A stretch of DNA of 63,062 bases, counting the filler, from Pirum gemmata (lineage: Eukaryota), in the NCBI GenBank assembly GCA_002812295.1. It is 24 parts of 24 records of this genome, joined end to end, with 100 filler letters (N's around TTAATTAATTAA, not from the genome) between each part and the next. Parts side by side here need not be neighbours in the genome. Positions count along the whole stretch, not along the records: positions 60,601 to 63,062 come from PDIN01005883.1; 23 more parts are not named here. One strand, written 5' to 3'. Positions 60,889 through 63,062 of this stretch are shown one piece after another (position 1 is the first letter of the stretch; each line of letters starts with the position of its first letter). The notes under the pieces were generated by a model that was given only the letters and a program-made list of their open reading frames with translations, did no database searches and had not been told where the DNA came from. A program made the translations under genes and the position numbers.

Positions 60889-63062
60889 GAAAAAGTAGAT
60901 TATATACATTGTTTGGTAGTATTTGGTTATATAGAATTTGGGATTTACTACACAATACATGTACAAATTCCATTTAAAATGGCAAAATATGTTTACTTGG
61001 TAATTTGAGGATTATATTTAATAAACAATGCAAAGATACAATCTACATCATTCTACAATCAAATTCCTTTTTTTTTAAAAAATAATATAGTCTAGTCCAT
61101 CTTTATTTTTTTTGAAGGGAAACTTGTTTGGCTTTTGATTGTAAAATTGATAATAAGAAAACAGAAATAAAAATAGGAACGTTGATGATTAGCTGGCACT
61201 GCATTCTACTAACGAAAAATTGGCAACAAAATAAAAATAATAATTAAAAAATAAAAATAAAAAAAAAATAAAAAAAAAAATAATATTATATAATGTAATA
61301 ATTATAATTAATTAAGATAATAATAGCATGCATGGTTACAAATACAAAATTTTAATACAATTGATGTTGATTTCGAAGTATATTAGTAAGAAAGTGTAAG
61401 AACGTATATGCTTAGATTTTACATCACTACTGATATATATTAAATTGTTATACAAAATATTGTAATCATACTCGATTCATTACAATTACAACGTGATTCT
61501 ACTATATTCAATAATAAAATAACTATATATTAATTAATTATAATAATATAATATAATAATATTATAATTATATATACATTATATCCCTTGCCCTAATGTA
61601 ACCGTAACGTAACGGTAACCTTAACACTTAACACTTAATACCCCTAACCCTAATCATAGCCCTAACAGTAACCCTAACCGTAAGCTTAACCCTAACAACT
61701 CTAGTACACAATGAACAAATACATCACTCAAACTGAAAATTGAAATTGAGCTCGGGGAATTAATTTTTTAAACTTGTTTTAGCTAAATGGAATAAATTAT
61801 TAAATTATACAATATAGAAATTTAAATCAACAATAACAATATTATTTAAGCCTAAAAATAAAAGTCTAACGTTAACAGTCTAACGTCAACTCAAGAGTAA
61901 TAGTAATTATCATTAAAAGAGATTATAAATCAAGTTAAAACTTTAAAAATAGGAGTTTGGGTTATAATTAGTATTTTAATATTTGGGAGTTGGTGTTGGG
62001 TTGGAGAGGACTGTTTAGCTGCAGTTGTTGGGGTAGGGTTAGGTATTGGATACTATTGATTAATATATATGTTTTTAATAAACAGTTTTAAAATAAAAAT
62101 ACGATCAATAATATTATATTATCATATTTATCAAACATCATTTCAATATCATAACATTTTTAACAGCACAAGTGGTCAGGTGTTAGATACTATCATTATC
62201 ATTGGGTAAATCATCCTCTGGACGAGAGAATATGACGTAATAAAATAATTTTAATCTGCCATGGACAAGTCATGGACAGCTAACAGCCCTAACAGCCACC
62301 TGGTCAACTACAGGTCATACTAACTATGCTGTCTATGCATACTCACAACTTCTATGATATCATAACCCATCATAACTTATTTATAAAAATAAAGGCCAGG
62401 TATTAGCCAGGTAGAGTCCTGGTAGACCAATCTATAACTGACCATTTAGAAACCATCTACCTAACTAGAACAGAGAACTGTCTACTCTATTAGCTAGAGC
62501 TAGCTAAGTAAGAACCGTCTGCTACGATAAATATTATGATAGTAGGAACTGTCTACTACTAAAAAAATTTTTTTATGAACATTTGGTAATTAAATAAAAT
62601 ATTAGCGAATAAAAAGCTTTAAAAATAATTAAATTTGGTAATAATTAGTAAAATATATAATATGAGTGATCGATATAATCGGCGATATAAGCCTTATTAT
62701 TATTAGGTTCAATAGCTCTGCCTGAACTTCTGCCTGGCTTTTTAATTAATGGGGTAGAATGTTTGTTTTCTTTTTTTTTTAAAAAAAAAAATGAATAAAA
62801 AGGCAAAAGAATTTTTAACCTCCTTAGTTCGAAAAAAAAAAACTTTCAAATATATTTTTTAAGAACTACATTAGTTCGAACTTTCAAAACTAATAATAGG
62901 GTCATGGGTAGAATAAGGGGAAATTAAAAAAAAACGAAAATAATTAAAAAATAAAAAATATATATGGGAAGCCTGAGGTCCAATAGGGTCCAATATCTAA
63001 CCTTTAGAATTATCGTGCTTTTCATTTAGCTTGTCACTCTTAATATTTATTTGGAGGGTTAT

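Overview
This is not one locus. It is 24 short, unrelated eukaryotic contigs (mostly about 2.5 kb) joined by 23 artificial 100-bp linkers (N44-TTAATTAATTAA-N44), so gene neighbourhood across linkers means nothing. The source is a very AT-rich, microsatellite-rich eukaryote with GT-AG introns and TTAGGG telomere repeats. The gene content (DLK/LZK-like kinase, ShKT-tyrosinase, LRR receptors with Tyr-rich tails) suggests a unicellular holozoan such as an ichthyosporean; this is inference. Genes readable from the ORF track: BBE-like FAD oxidase, ShKT-tyrosinase, DLK-like MAP3K, spherulin-4/GH135, two related LRR-TM receptors, a small secreted protein and a Q/P-rich Myb protein. Manual splicing recovers genes the track misses: a fatty acyl-CoA reductase with a 12-nt microexon, MON2, an SNM1/Artemis/Apollo-family nuclease, an acid ceramidase/NAAA last exon and a probable 6-phosphogluconolactonase first exon. 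Non-coding DNA carries at least 8 MITE-like families. Best leads: (1) interstitial telomere tracts flanked by long direct duplications that repeatedly copy exon ends and splice donors; (2) a kinase-less LRR receptor family with a shared juxtamembrane motif and repeated Tyr motifs; (3) a decayed EsV-1-7 Cys-repeat cassette between ~500-bp inverted arms; (4) a foreign-looking contig with ~130-bp structured repeats, a dense motif cluster and an AAAATTGA-preceded ORF; (5) a triple-TIR TG..CA element with a 4-bp TSD. I saw no rRNA, intact tRNA or CRISPR array. All family calls are by eye and were not checked against databases.
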